A stretch of 63,993 nucleotides of DNA, the filler included, from Catajapyx aquilonaris (taxonomy: Eukaryota), in NCBI GenBank assembly GCA_000934665.2. It is 3 parts of 3 records of this genome, joined end to end, with 100 filler letters (N's around TTAATTAATTAA, not from the genome) between each part and the next. Parts side by side here need not be neighbours in the genome. Positions count along the whole stretch, not along the records: positions 43,523 to 63,993 come from JYFJ02006253.1; 2 more parts are not named here. One strand, written 5' to 3'. Positions 61,440 to 63,993 of this stretch are shown piece by piece. Under the pieces are notes generated by a model that had not been told where the DNA came from, did no database searches, and saw nothing but the letters and a program-made list of their open reading frames with translations. A program made the translations under genes and the position numbers. Each line of letters begins with the position of its first letter. The first letter of the stretch is position 1.

Positions 61440-62470
61440 TTGCCGTTACGCTGTGTAAACAATGCTATATGAAGTCAACGATGCATGTAAACGATTTGCC
61501 ATCATTTGAAATTCAAAGTTGAAAAAACTCGCTTCGCACACATTTCACTCGCTTCGCACACATTTCTTGCTGTTACACTGTGTAAACAATTCTAGGCCCT
61601 ATAATGAAGCCCACGATCCATGTAAATCATTCGCCATCATTTAAAATTCAGTGTTGAAAACACTCGCTTCGCACACATTCCTGGTATTTCTTGCTGTCAC
61701 ACTGCATAAACAATGCTATAAGAAGTAAACGATGCACGTAAACCATTGGTGATCATTTCAAATTCATTGTTGAAAGACACTCGCTTCGCACACATTCTTA
61801 CATTATCTTCTCTCGCATTTTCCGAATTTCGATTGTTTTACTAGCGTGTTCCAAAAGTTTTTCCGTACCGGTATTTAGCTTTCGTAATAATTTCCCTCGT
61901 TTCGCTCACATTTCACTCGTTTCGCACACATTTTTCGATATTATTCGCTTCGCACACATTCGTTGTCTTTCATTCTCTTCGCTCACATTCCAGATTTTTA
62001 CACGTTTCGCGCACACTCTTTTGTATTTCATTCTCTTCACTCACATTGTCGATTGTTTTACTTGCTTCGCCCACATTTTCGCGAGAGGTTATTCACAGAT
62101 CGGCTTACATTTTTTGCGTACACGGACTACCGGACTACTCGGCGGACTACCCAAGGAGTCCAGGCTGGACTACCCGGACTACCCTATATCTCGCATTTTC
62201 GTATTTCCCTCGCCTCGCTCCCATTTTACTCGCTTCGCACATTTTCGACTATTATTCCTTTCGCACACATTCGTTGTCTTTAATTCTATTCGCTCACATT
62301 TTAGATTATTTTACTCGCCTCGCTCACATTTTACTCGCTTCGTGCACATTTTCGTTTTTTTTTTTACTCATTTCACATACATGATTTGTCTTTCATTCCG
62401 CTCACATTTTCCACTTATTTTACTCCCTTCGCACATACTTTCGTATTTCCCTCGCTTCGCTCACATTTTT
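61440..62470. repeat. Three roughly 120-bp tandem units followed by a degenerate tcgcttcgcacacattt array
   Basis: ctgtgtaaacaat...catcattt.aaattca...actcgcttcgcacacatt three times, then many short variants. Confidence 0.85.
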
Positions 62471-63993
62471 GTACTTTTAAATTCAGGTGCGTGCGTTATA
62501 CACGATTTTTAAACTCCTGCTAAGGAAGTAGGACGCAGACACTTGTTTCTCGGTAGCGTCACACATTTTTTCCCCCCCTTGTCCCCAAAGCTCGGTGACA
62601 GCATCAGTGCGCACCAGTCAGTCGCCGGGATACCTCGAAGGGACAAACCGCGAACAACATCCGCAAGAAGTAACCAGAGACTGGTCCCCCCAGCATCTGG
62701 TCTGCAGAATGGCGACTTAATGGGATTCCTTTTTCCGTTTTTCGTTAGAGCGGGGGTGGGTGGGGAGGACCTGGAAAACTTTTGGAAGAAACCAGAAGTC
62801 AAACACCCCTGTTGGAAGTGTGTATAACAAACACGAATTTCCTGTGCGCGCCATTTTTATTTTCACACCCGTACAAATATACGCAGTTTTGTTTTGACAG
62901 TGTTCCGTATAAGGCCGCACGTGTGGCATGACTGTGCAGATAGCCAGTAATTAGACGTGTCATACCCCCTCTACATCTGTGTCCTCAAGGACATCTGCGG
63001 AGACCAACATCAGATAAACCAGAAGCATATGACCGTTTCAGAGATTGTATAAATCCGGTCTTATTTTAGGTCGGGCTATTTATGATGGCTTGGGGGAGGA
63101 AAAAGCTTTTGTCTTGAGCCCTAAATTAATTACCACCTTCTAGCACTTGTCACTTGAGAAATACGAATAGCCGCGGCCTGCTGGGTTTTGGGTCCCCCTC
63201 TTCGGGTACCCCCAACCGGTACACGTGCGGCACAGGCTTGACTGATTGGAGTCCGATGTCCCCAACCAAGGTTGACGCTACAACAAAAGACACTAGTTCC
63301 ACCCGAGAAACGGCTAGTAAAATGGGTGCAATGGCACGCAATGCGACGCACCGTGCCTGGCGGGGCCACACGTATAGTGCGTCATCTGCTGGCGACAATT
63401 TCCGATGCGGCAGGTGTGCGGGCGGCGGGCTGTGCGAGTAAGAATTGATAGCCCTTGGGTGACGTCACTAGCTGGGGGACAAGCCTTTTTCTCCATTCCC
63501 CCCCATCCGGTGACGTCACTCAAGGCCTACCTCTTCTTACTCGCACGGCTTCGATTTGCACTTCCGCCGCATCAGCAAATGTCGCACAATGTATATGACG
63601 AGATTAATGTCCAACACTGTACCGATGCTGTCACCCACAACTAGGCCAACAGATGACATTGACCATGATACGAGCGTGTGCCTAAAGCCATATGTATAGC
63701 CAACCCGCATCTGTCTCGAAGGGAGAAAAATGTCGCCATTTCCTCTCACAAGAGCGCCAACTGACAGGACATGTTGGGGCTTAACCTCTTAACATGTGAC
63801 AAGGACACGTGCGCGTCTTCAGCTGCCATCGAACCATGAAAATGTCATTGCCATCGAAAGTTTTTAAAAAGAGCTAGCTAGAGAGAGAAAAAAAACAACT
63901 CTCTCTTTCGATGCATATCATTAAAAGAAAGCGGCCCTAATAATTACCAATCGGGGTCAAACTGTGGGGTCGCCCTCTTCCCACACAAATAGT

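Noticed and set aside
61963..62512. F/H/R-rich overlapping ORFs
   Set aside because: Translations of the tcgcacacattt repeat array.

Overview
Eukaryotic (arthropod, probably hexapod) draft-genome window with four recognisable intron-containing or partial genes and a dense, varied repeat content. Genes: (1) a 12-exon siRNA-type Argonaute-2 (+, 23177-40206, about 1081 aa) with an intact DEDH slicer tetrad and a low-complexity N-terminus of QAPPQP, RGG and PPGM repeats; (2) the 3' part of a hexamerin (-, 42175-43422), cut by an assembly gap and lacking two of the three CuB histidines; (3) splicing factor SYF1/XAB2 (+, 49366-53245); (4) a Dof/Stumps/BCAP-type adaptor (-, 58824-55717) with TIR, DBB and ankyrin regions. 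A candidate spliced orphan gene with a tandemly duplicated intron-exon unit lies at about 11.9-12.9 kb. Repeats include at least five tRNA-derived SINE families with target-site duplications, many fold-back Tc1/mariner and Kolobok-type MITEs, three mariner transposase relics, a Tigger/pogo element resembling mammalian MER2, a TTAGG-carrying element and several minisatellites. Two 100-bp gaps contain an artificial TTAATTAATTAA linker. Best leads: PPGM repeats in Ago2 as possible GYF-domain ligands, the MER2-like element, a MITE with clustered CTCF-like motifs, a CpG-decay footprint over Ago2 but not SYF1, an identical 46-bp micro-retroposon at two sites, and the orphan gene. All family assignments are from motif recognition and recall; no database search was run.
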